From: a virus
DNA: 64,000 bases
Strand: one strand, 5' to 3'
IMG/VR virus record: IMGVR_UViG_3300045988_184219
This document shows positions 8,998 through 19,086 of this stretch, piece after piece (within the stretch, counting starts at the first letter, position 1; each line of letters opens with the position of its first letter). The position numbers and the translations under genes are program-made. The notes below the pieces were generated by a model that was given only the letters and a program-made list of their open reading frames with translations, had not been told where the DNA came from and did not search any database.

Positions 8998-9192
8998 AGA
9001 AACCACCCTAGCCAAATAGACTAAGGTGGTTTTCGAAGGAGAAAACATTTTTTGGATGGTTGCAGAGCGGAAAGTAACGGTCTGGAAGAGATGCTCTTGA
9101 TGTTTTTTTGATGCAATCATGATCTTTGTTTTTTAACATCTTCGAGACCACCAACGACGTATATGGTTAGCAAAACGCCGTTATCTCTTTAA
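8998..9192 (-). ncRNA. candidate ncRNA cassette E3
   Basis: GGATGGTTGCAGAGCGG ... CTTCGAGACCACCAACGAC; promoter-box variant at 9193-9215; hairpin AAACCACC..GGTGGTTTT at 9000-9035. Confidence 0.4.
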
Positions 9193-9237
9193 CAATTAAA
9201 TTTTATCACAAAAAAGGTTGTTTTACAATACATCAAT

Positions 9238-9470
9238 TAACCAAAACAAAAGCGCCCCACCATTTCTGGCAGGACGCGGACGGAGTAGTCCTTTCGGGAT
9301 GGTTGCAGAGAGGGTTATCAATCCGACAAAAGAAGACCTGTCTGGAGGGAACGCTCTGAGCACCTGCTAGGCACAACACGCAGTCACGCCATGATGCTTT
9401 CGAGACCACCCACGACGAATTATGTCAGTCGCCGCTGTTCCCATGACATATAAAGTATATCAAAAACCAC
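9238..9470 (-). ncRNA. candidate ncRNA cassette E4
   Basis: CGCCCCACCATTTCTGGCAGG ... GGATGGTTGCAGAGAGG ... TTTCGAGACCACCCACGAC; ORF-free. Confidence 0.4.
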
Positions 9471-9598
9471 TTTTGTTTTCAACAATTTCTTGTTCTCGCA
9501 AAAAAACAAAATTATCTCTCACAAAAATCTAAAATCACCTTTCCATCCTTGTCAAGATGCCAAATTTTTCCATAGATAAAATTCAAATAGTTCTCCTC

Positions 9599-10189
9599 TT
9601 AATGCGCTTTTTCCCACGTATGTGTCATACGAACGACACACCTGTGGAAAATATCTGCCAGAAGCTTAAGTAACATCTGTTCAAACTCTTTGTAAAATAA
9701 AAGGTCTACAACAGGAACACATTCCTTTGGTATATCCCAATCAATAGCATCCTTAACATCAGAAAAACCTGTGCTCACAGAAGCAGAAAATTCTATACAA
9801 TGACAAGATGGAGCGTATTTGGAAACAAGCTCTACATCGTCATAAACCATATTAAACAATTTTTTAACTTGTCGATCATTTTTTGATTTAAAAGAAGCCT
9901 TAATAAACATTTGTTCATCATCATCATAACGATATTCTACAGAAATTTTACGGCAAAGAGACTCCCCGAACATATCCGCAAGATACCTTTGTGCCGCTCC
10001 AAATGTTTCTCCCCAACAGTGTCTCTTCCACTCTTTTGTACACCTAAAATCACGCAAAATACGTTCTTTATCGATGTCTGGGAGTTGCTTGAATCTACGA
10101 ATCGGTTCCTCTAGTGGAAACTCTTCGGGGAGTTGAAATTGAGGTGTGTATGGGTGTTTGTGTGTTTGGGATGTGTTTTGTGTTGACAT
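9599..10189 (-). CDS. hypothetical protein (196 aa)
   Basis: Long ORF; promoter with TATAAT at 10275-10295; SD GAAAGGA. Confidence 0.55.
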   Translation of the reverse strand: MSTQNTSQTHKHPYTPQFQLPEEFPLEEPIRRFKQLPDIDKERILRDFRCTKEWKRHCWGETFGAAQRYLADMFGESLCRKISVEYRYDDDEQMFIKASFKSKNDRQVKKLFNMVYDDVELVSKYAPSCHCIEFSASVSTGFSDVKDAIDWDIPKECVPVVDLLFYKEFEQMLLKLLADIFHRCVVRMTHTWEKAH

Positions 10190-10329
10190 GGCGGGAGAAG
10201 TCCTTTCAGAGTTGTTGTTTGTGGTATGGGTAGGGGAGGATGAGCCAAAGGGAAAGGTTGACGAAATTTTATTGTTTCGATTATACTAAAATGGTTCTTA
10301 ATTTGTAACGAACTTTTGGAAATTAAAAA

Positions 10330-10698
10330 AACACCCGCCATTTCTGGTAGGTGTTTTTACATCGCCTAGGGGATTACCCCTTTGATTTCACCGCATAGTC
10401 AGCGATTCGTTTTAACGACTTTTTTTTGTCGGCGGGAGATGTAGCGCAATATTCTCGACCCACCCACCTATTAGGAGGAGGGGAGACAGCAGGATTAGGC
10501 GGTTACGGAGGGTGTGGTAAGTTACTTGCATGCCATAAAGGAGTTCCTGCGCTATGGACGGACGCAGGATTTTGTTCGCCGTCCGAGAGAAATGCTCAAT
10601 CGGGCTATGCCGCTGTGCGCCGCCTAGTTAGCCGCGCTGATGCCACTTGTCCGATGTTTGAGACCGCCTACGACCGTCTGGATGGTCGGTGTTTCTCT
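10330..10698 (-). ncRNA. candidate ncRNA cassette E5
   Basis: Hairpin AAAACACCCGCCATTTCTGGTAGGTGTTTTT at 10330-10365; TTTGAGACCGCCTACGAC core; promoter-box variant TATTTATAACTATAAC at 10700-10720; ORF 10426..10728 judged spurious. Confidence 0.35.
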
Positions 10699-10818
10699 TA
10701 TATTTATAACTATAACAAAAATAAATGATTTTGCAAGAGATTTTTACTTTTTAGATAATATTTTTAAAACAAAAGAAAGAAGGTAAGACCACAAACAGTC
10801 AAACCTTCTTCCTTTTGA

Positions 10819-11166
10819 TCAAGCAGCGCCAACCTCATCTGGGTAAACACCCGTCAGAGATTCAACGAACCGACAGAGGAGATCATTCACAATCTCCGCA
10901 TCGCACGCAAGGTAATTGCGCGAGATGCGGTTGAATGACTCGACAAGCTCACGTCTCGGAACGACCGTTCCAAATGGTTCTCCCATTACAACGATGGCGG
11001 TATCAGGTGTAATCTGATACACGTCACCGAGGATGGAGTCCTCATCAACAACAGAACCGAAAGGAATCAAATTACGGAAAAGAGAATCCGCAACATGATT
11101 TTCGACCCCAATGACATTAGCGTACCTATTAAGTACGCCTTCTTTGGAAAGCCACCAAGTTGACAT
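10819..11166 (-). CDS. paralog family D protein (115 aa; start at MSTWW)
   Basis: Strong SD AAAGGAGGAG 5 nt before ATG at 11166; EPFGTVVP motif shared with 11421..11762. Confidence 0.6.
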   Translation of the reverse strand: MSTWWLSKEGVLNRYANVIGVENHVADSLFRNLIPFGSVVDEDSILGDVYQITPDTAIVVMGEPFGTVVPRRELVESFNRISRNYLACDAEIVNDLLCRFVESLTGVYPDEVGAA

Positions 11167-11420
11167 ATTTACTCCTCCTTTTCGCGTCCATAGAGAACGC
11201 CTACATATCAACTAATTAAATTATATAACAGTTTATAGAGGAATAGAAGGAATTAACGACTGGTTTTCTATTGGATTTTAGAGAGATATGCCAAAGGAAA
11301 AGGTAGCAAGGTAGGTGTTCGACAAGACGAAAGTCTTTGTTAAATAGCTAGAATTAAAAGAAAACAAAAGAAAAAAGAAGGAGAGAACAGATGAGTTCAA
11401 ACCTTCTTTTTTTTTGAAAC

Positions 11421-11762
11421 CTAGGCGACGGAATGCGCGTTGATGAGCGGCTCACCCGTCACCAACTCCACAAAGCGACGGAAGTACGCCTTGTGCGCAT
11501 CGCGGGTCTCATATGTGCAGAGATCCCGCGCAATACGCTCTGCATTGGCGACCACACCAGACTTTGGGACGATCGTGCCGAAAGGGTGTTCCGCAATAAC
11601 GATCGCGACAGACGGAGACGCCTCATAGAGCGCCCCGAACTCGCGACCATTACGGGTCGTGCCGACCGCATCCGCCGCCCAGACCAAATGATCAGCGCGA
11701 CGAATTCCGATGACATGCTTGTAGCCAGCCATCACTTCGGACTTATCCTTCATGTTCCACAT
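11421..11762 (-). CDS. paralog family D protein (113 aa)
   Basis: EHPFGTIVPKSGVV similar to the previous gene; SD GGAGG before ATG. Confidence 0.6.
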   Translation of the reverse strand: MWNMKDKSEVMAGYKHVIGIRRADHLVWAADAVGTTRNGREFGALYEASPSVAIVIAEHPFGTIVPKSGVVANAERIARDLCTYETRDAHKAYFRRFVELVTGEPLINAHSVA

Positions 11763-11956
11763 AATAAACCTCCATTTCTGCGGGCTTCCTATAACCCGCC
11801 TACAAAATTAACTAATAATAGTATACATTTCCTACAATCTAAACGCAAAATAAAGCCCCCGACATAAAGCGAGGACTTTATCGTTAGAACAAAAAATTAA
11901 GTTCCAATCATTTTCCTTTGGTCTATCAACAAACATTCAAATCACGCCACTCAAGT

Positions 11957-12664
11957 CTACTTAACGGAATCACACCTACTCTCCACATCCACTTCATATA
12001 AATCCATCTCCTCGCCATCATCGTCATAGTCCACATAACGGTCAGCACCGATGTAAACCACACCATCAGGATTGACATAGAACTCCTGCGCCGCCATGTA
12101 GTCCTCAATCACGGTGTCGGGGTAAGCCTTCACTCGCGACCACTCGTTCTCAAGCCACTCAACAGCGTTTTCAAAGAACGGGCGGAATTGACGGGTGATG
12201 TACTCTTTTACCTCATCCTCGGGAAAACCGTCCACAAAGATGGTTTCTCCTTTTTCTTTTGCTTCCCATACAACAATGATGTCCTCTCCTTCAGGCATAC
12301 CACTTGTAGCGAGGATGGAGATGTAGCCAACTTTTTCATAGTTGATGGGAGAGGTGGAGCGTCGGTCTCCGTAAGTGTAGTCGAGGAGGCGCTTGATTTC
12401 TTCAGGTGCTTCAAATGCGAGATTGAAACCTAGTGTAACCTCGTTGTGTCGGATGAGGTCTACTTCATAGACCAAATAAAAAGGTGTGTTGGGGAACTCC
12501 TCGGGGACGATAGTGTCACCGAAGAACCAACTTAGATATTCCTGCTGCCCGAGAGGGTAGGCGAGGCGTTTCTCAAAATAGGAGCGCACCTTATGTTTCT
12601 GCGTATAGGAGAGCGCGTCAAAAGTCTTTTTTGTGAGAGGTTTTGTCTTAGTCAAGATAATCAT
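11957..12664 (-). CDS. hypothetical protein (235 aa), second gene of a two-gene operon
   Basis: Overlaps the upstream gene by 17 nt with no cassette between them; acidic C-terminus. Confidence 0.6.
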   Translation of the reverse strand: MIILTKTKPLTKKTFDALSYTQKHKVRSYFEKRLAYPLGQQEYLSWFFGDTIVPEEFPNTPFYLVYEVDLIRHNEVTLGFNLAFEAPEEIKRLLDYTYGDRRSTSPINYEKVGYISILATSGMPEGEDIIVVWEAKEKGETIFVDGFPEDEVKEYITRQFRPFFENAVEWLENEWSRVKAYPDTVIEDYMAAQEFYVNPDGVVYIGADRYVDYDDDGEEMDLYEVDVESRCDSVK

Positions 12665-13268
12665 TCCTTTCTGTTTCTTTTTCCTTTGGGATGGCAGGAA
12701 GGAGAACGAGGTCTCCTGTCACAACGAAACTATCCTCCTTAATACGGTCAACAATGACAGATTCGATGTCTGCGTTGATACGTTCGAGGGCGAGCGTGAG
12801 CTCATCGAGGATGTTCCTATAAAACTGCCCAAAGACGCGTGCAATATCCTCTGTCACCTCTGCGCTGAGGAATCGGTCGGCAAAGATGGTTACGCCATCT
12901 TTCGGACAAGGTGTGACGAAAGGATCATCTTCCAAAAGGCTTATCCAAAGACTCTTAAGATTTTTAACGGGGAGGTTTCCTCTTTGATTCGGTGAAATGT
13001 CGGGGTAGACCAAACGGAAAAGCTCTTTAAGTGCCTTCTTGTTGTTCGCCGAGACCGTAACGTAGAGATTGATTTTTCCGTTCTTATCATAAACCTCATA
13101 GGTCATATTAAGGGAAGATTCCTTGCCGAAGAAGTTTCCAACAAGCTCGTCAAAAAGCCAATGGAAGTATCGCCGTCGCCCATCAAAAGAGGTGAGTTCT
13201 TTTCGATAGAAGTCAAGGACTTCATTTTGCTGAAACGGAGTGAGGTCGGCGTAGGATGCGGTGGGCAT
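12648..13268 (-). CDS. hypothetical protein (206 aa)
   Basis: SD AGAAAGGAA 8 nt before ATG 13268; cassette promoter 13305-13325. Confidence 0.6.
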   Translation of the reverse strand: MPTASYADLTPFQQNEVLDFYRKELTSFDGRRRYFHWLFDELVGNFFGKESSLNMTYEVYDKNGKINLYVTVSANNKKALKELFRLVYPDISPNQRGNLPVKNLKSLWISLLEDDPFVTPCPKDGVTIFADRFLSAEVTEDIARVFGQFYRNILDELTLALERINADIESVIVDRIKEDSFVVTGDLVLLPAIPKEKETERNDYLD

Positions 13269-13404
13269 ATGGAAGATTCCTTTCTATGTGATGATTTGGT
13301 GTTTTGATATTTTAATTATATAACTTTTTATTAGACAATGTAGGCATTTTTGAAAGCCAAGTACGGAAATAGACCAAAGGAAGAAGCCACGAGAGATACC
13401 ACAA

Positions 13405-14016
13405 TCAGTGTTCAAGACATAGCTTCAATTCTCCACGCTCATCCAACTCCCATACCTGCGACTCCGCATATTCCGCTAGAGATTCGGAGCCACGAGCTTT
13501 TGTATGTGCGAGGAGAAGCCTGTACACCACATATTTTATGAACCTTTTGTAACCCGCCAGCATCATCTTTTTGAACACATCTGGATCATCTGGGCGACCA
13601 CGTAAAATATGTCCCCAGCAGAGACTAGGACGAATCTCGTAGTCGATAGACACGTTTTTTGGACTCGCAATCACCTTAATAGAGTCAAATGCCCAAACAT
13701 CCCCGCCATAATCATCACCTTTACCAAGAAAGCCAAGGTCAATGAGCATATTCATGGATTCGACATTATCCGCATATAGGGTTAAAGAAAAGTCCATTTT
13801 GTACCCATTATGACGGTTTCCTAGAACATCAAACTTATAATTTAACCCAAACCCGAGCTTGTCACCAAAAGTCTCTTTCAGGATATTCTCAAGCTCGGTT
13901 TCAACACAACGATCACAAAACGAACGCCACGACTTAGAAAGCTCAATTTCGTAGTAAAGAGCGCTTTTTTCTCTTTTAGTCAAATCACTTGTCCCCGTAC
14001 CACACCTTGTCTGCAT
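13405..14016 (-). CDS. hypothetical protein (203 aa)
   Basis: Long ORF; only a short hairpin (no promoter box) separates it from the upstream gene, so likely co-transcribed. Confidence 0.6.
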   Translation of the reverse strand: MQTRCGTGTSDLTKREKSALYYEIELSKSWRSFCDRCVETELENILKETFGDKLGFGLNYKFDVLGNRHNGYKMDFSLTLYADNVESMNMLIDLGFLGKGDDYGGDVWAFDSIKVIASPKNVSIDYEIRPSLCWGHILRGRPDDPDVFKKMMLAGYKRFIKYVVYRLLLAHTKARGSESLAEYAESQVWELDERGELKLCLEH

Positions 14017-14076
14017 AACAACAATCCCTTCTTAGAGAAAATGACGGGAATATCCCGCCATCCACATATTCAACCG

Positions 14077-14568
14077 TTAGTCCATTACGGGACCAAACGC
14101 CTCGCGCTCAAAGGCATCCTCCATTTCATCAAGAACAGCTCGGGCGTAGAGGTCGCTCACTTTATCCCAAAACATCTTGCGACTTCCACTAACATCTTTT
14201 GTGTCAAACACAACATCCTGTGCACCAAACGCATAATCAAGTGCATAATCGAGCGCATAATCGTTTTCAACAACACCGTCCTGCTCAAAGAGGAAGCCAA
14301 TGCGGTTCTCCTCAACGAAATAGAACATCATGATGAGGAGGTCGGGCGAGAAACCGTGAATCAGTTTTGCCTCACCAATCAAACCACCTGTACGCGTCCA
14401 CGCACCAACACCTGTACCATGCGTAATATGTCGAACGATGTCATCCACAGTCGCGTCTGTGATGTAGTTCGCGCCATTCTCATTGCTGTTCTGGAGGGAG
14501 ACGCGCTCCTTGCGAAGAAAGCTCGCCTTGATGTCATCGAATGTGTCGCCAACCTTGAAGTTACCCAT
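14077..14568 (-). CDS. hypothetical protein (163 aa)
   Basis: SD AGAAAGGAAAG before ATG; conserved cassette block 14590-14620. Confidence 0.6.
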   Translation of the reverse strand: MGNFKVGDTFDDIKASFLRKERVSLQNSNENGANYITDATVDDIVRHITHGTGVGAWTRTGGLIGEAKLIHGFSPDLLIMMFYFVEENRIGFLFEQDGVVENDYALDYALDYAFGAQDVVFDTKDVSGSRKMFWDKVSDLYARAVLDEMEDAFEREAFGPVMD

Positions 14569-14589
14569 TTTTTTCTTTCCTTTCTGTTC

Positions 14590-14620
14590 AACAACTCTTG
14601 ATGGATTTATTATATAATAA
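14590..14620 (-). promoter_or_regulatory. representative cassette promoter / 5'-UTR block (CAACAACTCTTGATGGATTTATTATATAATAA on +)
   Basis: Block recurs with minor variation upstream of >40 minus-strand genes; contains TATAAT on the minus strand. Confidence 0.6.
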
Positions 14621-14628
14621 ATCGAATA

Positions 14629-15108
14629 TCAGTGCAGGAAAAACTCGAAAACCTTGTTGCTTGTTTTCGGGAAAGCTCCGTCAACCGATGTACGAATGAA
14701 CGCCTCAACTTTCTCACACACCACGCCAACCGTAGCAGTTGCCGAAAAGATACTGTCTCCCTTGTAGAAACACGCAACGTCCACAACATCTTGGCTTAGA
14801 AGGCGAAACGTCATAAGAGCGTCGCCACACCCGACCGAGTAGACAGGAGAGGGGGCGAAGACCTGCCCACGGAAGACAACATCATGTCCTTTGACAGTCT
14901 CTCGAATTGTCCAGTCCATGTAGTTCGCCGACATCACCTCTGTAATCTTAAGTCCAATCCAGTCGATGATTGCGACGGGGATAGAGTTCTCAAAATCGAG
15001 GTCGAGAATCTTTTTGTTTGGTTTATTCATCTCACCGACCTCAACCTCAAGGTGGGAGGTGTGGAGGAGGGAGACTTTCGAGTGGAGGGCCTGAAGAAGA
15101 GTGTGCAT
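14629..15108 (-). CDS. paralog family E protein (159 aa)
   Basis: Tandem family member; shares (N/H)GxxhxhRxFxFxxxxxxYxVxxxG pattern with 15178-18850 genes. Confidence 0.6.
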   Translation of the reverse strand: MHTLLQALHSKVSLLHTSHLEVEVGEMNKPNKKILDLDFENSIPVAIIDWIGLKITEVMSANYMDWTIRETVKGHDVVFRGQVFAPSPVYSVGCGDALMTFRLLSQDVVDVACFYKGDSIFSATATVGVVCEKVEAFIRTSVDGAFPKTSNKVFEFFLH

Positions 15109-15177
15109 TTTGTGTTCCTTTCTTTTGTTAAACCAGTTAACTCGTTCCGATAGATTTATTATATAACAAATTTTGTT

Positions 15178-15663
15178 CTACGATGCGAAAAACTCCTCGA
15201 TGGAGCCATATTTCACATAAAGTGAACCATCCACAAGAGCGTCAATAAACCGTTCCGCCCACTCACAAGCCGTCTCAACAGAAACCGTTCTCTCAAAAAC
15301 AGGCGAATCCATGCCTTTGAATGCGGAAAAGCGTAACATTCCATCATCTACAACACCTAATCCAACCGCTACGTCATAATCATCAGCGACAAGAAAAGAA
15401 ACAGCACCATCGGGAAACACAAACCCACGAACGATGAGATTCTGCCCGGTAATAACCTCCTTAACAACCCAGTCTTCCGAAACAGAGTGTGTTGCCTTGA
15501 GGAGGAAGTCTTTTTCCTTTGGCATATCAGAGACAGGAGTCTTCTCGATGTTTGTATTAATGAGTTCATCATATAGTTGTTGGTTGCCTCCATATGCGAT
15601 TTCGATGTGGTCTGTAGGGAGGTTGAGGAGTTTCTTTTGGAGGAGAGAGAGAATTTGAGACAT
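15178..15663 (-). CDS. paralog family E protein (161 aa)
   Basis: NLIVRGFVFPDGAVSFLV ... similar to neighbours. Confidence 0.6.
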   Translation of the reverse strand: MSQILSLLQKKLLNLPTDHIEIAYGGNQQLYDELINTNIEKTPVSDMPKEKDFLLKATHSVSEDWVVKEVITGQNLIVRGFVFPDGAVSFLVADDYDVAVGLGVVDDGMLRFSAFKGMDSPVFERTVSVETACEWAERFIDALVDGSLYVKYGSIEEFFAS

Positions 15664-15770
15664 TTTGTTTATGTCCTTTCTTCAATGTCGATTGCTAATA
15701 CTTAATGGTTTAATTATAAGCCAAAAGAAGCGGTCAGAGAGGATGTTTCCACTCCAACCGCCCATTTTTT

Positions 15771-16286
15771 TCACATAAAGTCAAGTCGGCGCAACAGACC
15801 TTCTTTTCGGTTGTTTTCGTCACCCGCAATCGGCGAATTTCCCATCGCGAGGACGGCGCGAGCGAACCGATTGATGTACATAGGAGCACTCTCCTCCGTC
15901 ACGGTGTCTGAGAACTTCGTCTCTGAGCCGCACATCATCTTAACCTGCGCAGTACCGTCTCCAAATACCTTTGCGCTCATCATCGAGCCACCTAGGAAGA
16001 CCGCATAGGTGACAGGATTGTCGAACTGGAATACACGGAGCGTGAGTGAGATACCATTGACCTCAAGATGGACGAGAACATCCGAAATCGCATTTTTGAG
16101 TGTTTGAACAGCAAGCGTCCGCACATCGTCGAGATTGTCACCATTCTCCGTGTTACCCAACTGTGTATAACAGAAGTTTCGCGCCGCAGCACTCAACTCC
16201 ATACTCTCAGCAGGGAGAGTTTCGAGGAGCTTAATAAAAGCGTTGCGTACCGCATCGAGGGTGTTTGTGGAGGTGTTTTCTGTCAT
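15771..16286 (-). CDS. paralog family E protein (171 aa; start at MTENTST with SD)
   Basis: SD AGAAAGGACAC 9 nt before ATG 16286; VNGISLTLRVFQFDNPVTYAVFLGG. Confidence 0.6.
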   Translation of the reverse strand: MTENTSTNTLDAVRNAFIKLLETLPAESMELSAAARNFCYTQLGNTENGDNLDDVRTLAVQTLKNAISDVLVHLEVNGISLTLRVFQFDNPVTYAVFLGGSMMSAKVFGDGTAQVKMMCGSETKFSDTVTEESAPMYINRFARAVLAMGNSPIAGDENNRKEGLLRRLDFM

Positions 16287-16465
16287 TGTGGGTGTGTCCT
16301 TTCTGTTTCTACGCCTACATTTTTTGAACAATTAAATTATATAACTTTTTATCTAACAATGTAGGTGTTTTTATGTTGAAATGGTTTTTATCGACCAAAA
16401 GAAAACGGATGGGAGCGACTTTTTCTCCTTCGTCACAACACATATTAACAGATGCGCCCATTGGT

Positions 16466-16891
16466 CTATTTAAACACATTTATAGACAAAAAACGAGAAA
16501 TGCAAACAGAAGCATCACACAACGGAATAACTCGCAACCAAACAGATTTCAACCCCTTCGACACCTCAACTGCAACATCATCACTATCGAAAACACGAAG
16601 CGAAAGAAGGCTATCGTCAACCTCAACACTGTAAGTCAAAACGTCTCCAACAACAGGAAAGGTGCGAAAACGAATATTTTTTCCACCAACCAAAACGTTA
16701 ACTACACACTCAGTAAGCTCATCAGAGATAGCGACAATAGTTTTTTGAACCGCAGAGGAAACGGATTCTTTATCACATTCTGCTCTTGCAATTTCAACAT
16801 AATTCCCTCCTGTTCGGCAACCGCAAGAAACGATTTTTTCAATAGAAAGTCCTTTGAGTTGATTGATGATTTCATTTTTGATTATATCCAT
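16466..16891 (-). CDS. paralog family E protein (141 aa; start at MDIIKNE with SD)
   Basis: SD AGAAAGAAGG before ATG 16891; GGKNIRFRTFPVVGDVLTYSVEV. Confidence 0.6.
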   Translation of the reverse strand: MDIIKNEIINQLKGLSIEKIVSCGCRTGGNYVEIARAECDKESVSSAVQKTIVAISDELTECVVNVLVGGKNIRFRTFPVVGDVLTYSVEVDDSLLSLRVFDSDDVAVEVSKGLKSVWLRVIPLCDASVCISRFLSINVFK

Positions 16892-17129
16892 TATTTTCAA
16901 CCTTCTTTCTAAGCAACAATACATTTAATCAATCCTCACAACAAAATGCCGAGGAATCCCCGTCCTTTAGACGTGGGGTATGTGACCAAAGCCATCTTTT
17001 CTTAGCTCAACCAACTGACAATTAAATTATATAACTTTTAGCAACAACACGAGCCATTTTCCACCACAAAACAAAACAATCGGTTTCAAATATCACTGTT
17101 TTGAAACCGATTGTTTTCATTTGGCTTAT

Positions 17130-17639
17130 TCAGCACTTCACAGCACCGACCACACGATTTCGTACAACACCATCGCTCTCGCCACCGTCAAGAGAAATAA
17201 TCGAATTAACGAAACGGTCAATCATTGCAATCGCATCTCGCACAGGAATCTTCTTCGAGAAGGATCGTCGCCCAAGACAATCCATCTCCACAAGTACATT
17301 CCCGTCCTTCACGATTCGAGCACTTACACCAACACCACCTGCAACGAAACGGTAGGACTGAAGATTGTCTTCAAGAGAGGTACGAAACGTAATCACGCGC
17401 CCATTGACAACAAAAGCGGCGATTGCCTCGTAAGAAGCGTCCTCAAAAACACCTAACACGGTCTGGATTGCAGATTGAACGTCGCCATCATGATCGTCGT
17501 CAACAAGGCAGATGTTTTTCTCGCCCTTGCGCCCAGCATAAGCCGTCAAATCACTACAAGGGATATTCTCGATTTGAGAACAGATTGCTTCACGAATTGC
17601 GTCCATTGTTTTCCTCCATTCTTCCATTGAACAACTCAA
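17130..17639 (-). CDS. paralog family E protein (169 aa)
   Basis: VNGRVITFRTSLEDNLQSYRFVAGG. Confidence 0.6.
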   Translation of the reverse strand: MSCSMEEWRKTMDAIREAICSQIENIPCSDLTAYAGRKGEKNICLVDDDHDGDVQSAIQTVLGVFEDASYEAIAAFVVNGRVITFRTSLEDNLQSYRFVAGGVGVSARIVKDGNVLVEMDCLGRRSFSKKIPVRDAIAMIDRFVNSIISLDGGESDGVVRNRVVGAVKC

Positions 17640-17782
17640 CCGATGTGTTTATTATACAGCTTTTTATGGGATGATGAACATATTTTCACTACAAACGCAA
17701 AAGAAAATAAGCGGTACAACCATGTGTATTGAGTGCACCTCTGCTCGCTATTCTTTCCATTTGGTCTATCAAAACACTTAAA

Positions 17783-18256
17783 TCATTTAAAAACCCCTTT
17801 GATGCTATCAATATCCATATAAAACACACGAACAACCATGTCCTCCACAAAAGCCTTTATCCACCTAGCAACTTTTTCTGCTGGCACATTGGAACCAGCA
17901 AAAAATACATCTGTGTCTTTTGCGACATCAACATTTGCGACATCATTACCCTGTGGTTGAATGGACATGTGGATTCCTTTACAGGAAACCGTATACGTTT
18001 CAGACACATTAAAAACAAACCGTCGAAGCGTTACAGATCGCCCATTGACATCAAGAGTTACCATCCACTCAAAACCATCGTCAGAGAGGATTTCTGTCGC
18101 CTTTTCAAGATAGTCAGAAAGAGAGACATTTTCGTTTCGTGTGTTGATGATAGGAGTCATCATCTTATCCCTCCGCGCCGCAAAGATAGACGCAGAATTA
18201 AATGGGAGATGTGTGGCTTGAGCAAGGATCATGTTATGGATAGCGTTTTTGTACAT
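17783..18256 (-). CDS. paralog family E protein (157 aa)
   Basis: VNGRSVTLRRFVFNVSETYTVSCKG. Confidence 0.6.
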   Translation of the reverse strand: MYKNAIHNMILAQATHLPFNSASIFAARRDKMMTPIINTRNENVSLSDYLEKATEILSDDGFEWMVTLDVNGRSVTLRRFVFNVSETYTVSCKGIHMSIQPQGNDVANVDVAKDTDVFFAGSNVPAEKVARWIKAFVEDMVVRVFYMDIDSIKGVFK

Positions 18257-18349
18257 AGGAGAATCATCCTTTCTATAACTCCTCTTTAATTATAACGAAA
18301 AGCACAAGAAAAGGTGGTACATTTCTGCACCACCCAAAATAAAATATAT

Positions 18350-18850
18350 TTAATCGAAAAGTTTAGCAATCGCTTCAATGTCTTTGAAATCGCCACTTTG
18401 ACGTATTTCTTGAAGAAAACTACTCAGCAGTACACTTGCGTATTGCTCTGGCATGATGGCGGTACGAAGAGGGTCAATATTGTCGATAATATCCTTAATT
18501 TCGATAACACCCTCTTTGTTAAACAAAGAAACAAGTGCTTTACCATCGTCGTGAGGTTGAATAAGGAGATAAATAGACTTGCACGAGATCAAGAAAGATT
18601 CAGGTACGCGGAAGTGAAGATGTTGGAAAGAAACAGTGTTTTTATTATCTGTGATTGCAACAAGCCACTCAAGATCTTTGTTTGAGACTGTTTTTAAAAC
18701 TTTCTCGATAAATTCTGTCGCTTTAAGAGATTCAGGATAACCAGTAACAACGGGCTCAATCATTCCATCAATAGGACAAGAAAAGACGGCGAGGAGGTCA
18801 AAGGGAGACTGAGAGATGATGTTGTAGGTGGTCTGGTAGATAGGAGACAT
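18350..18850 (-). CDS. paralog family E protein (166 aa)
   Basis: DNKNTVSFQHLHFRVPESFLISCKS. Confidence 0.6.
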   Translation of the reverse strand: MSPIYQTTYNIISQSPFDLLAVFSCPIDGMIEPVVTGYPESLKATEFIEKVLKTVSNKDLEWLVAITDNKNTVSFQHLHFRVPESFLISCKSIYLLIQPHDDGKALVSLFNKEGVIEIKDIIDNIDPLRTAIMPEQYASVLLSSFLQEIRQSGDFKDIEAIAKLFD

Positions 18851-18968
18851 GGTTGTAATTCCTTTCTTTTATAGTTTTTTTTAATTATAACACAGTGTTG
18901 GAAACGAGTCGATAATTTGACCAAAAGAAAAACGACTCAGGTTTGTGTGTCGCCTTTTAATTGAACTA

Positions 18969-19004
18969 CCCACGACTGAAGTCACGGGAGTGCGCGGGGA
19001 TTTT
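18969..19004. repeat. GC-rich 35-nt element CCACGACTGAAGTCACGGGAGTGCGCGGGGATTTT (copy 1)
   Basis: Near-identical copy at 24726..24760 in the TnpB 5' leader; GCGCGGGGATTTT core also in the large ncRNAs (6965, 37065, 46430). Confidence 0.5.
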
Positions 19005-19086
19005 ATTCAACGCAAGGTGAGCAAGGCGTTTTCCATTACAACATAAAACGAAGTTCAAGTTAAGAACTTCGTTCCTAAAAATAATG

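Noticed and set aside
14590-14620. + strand promoter reading TTGATG...TATAAT inside the cassette block
   Set aside because: The spacer between TTGATG and the TATAAT hexamer is only ~9 nt. The block is better explained as a minus-strand -10 box plus conserved 5' UTR.
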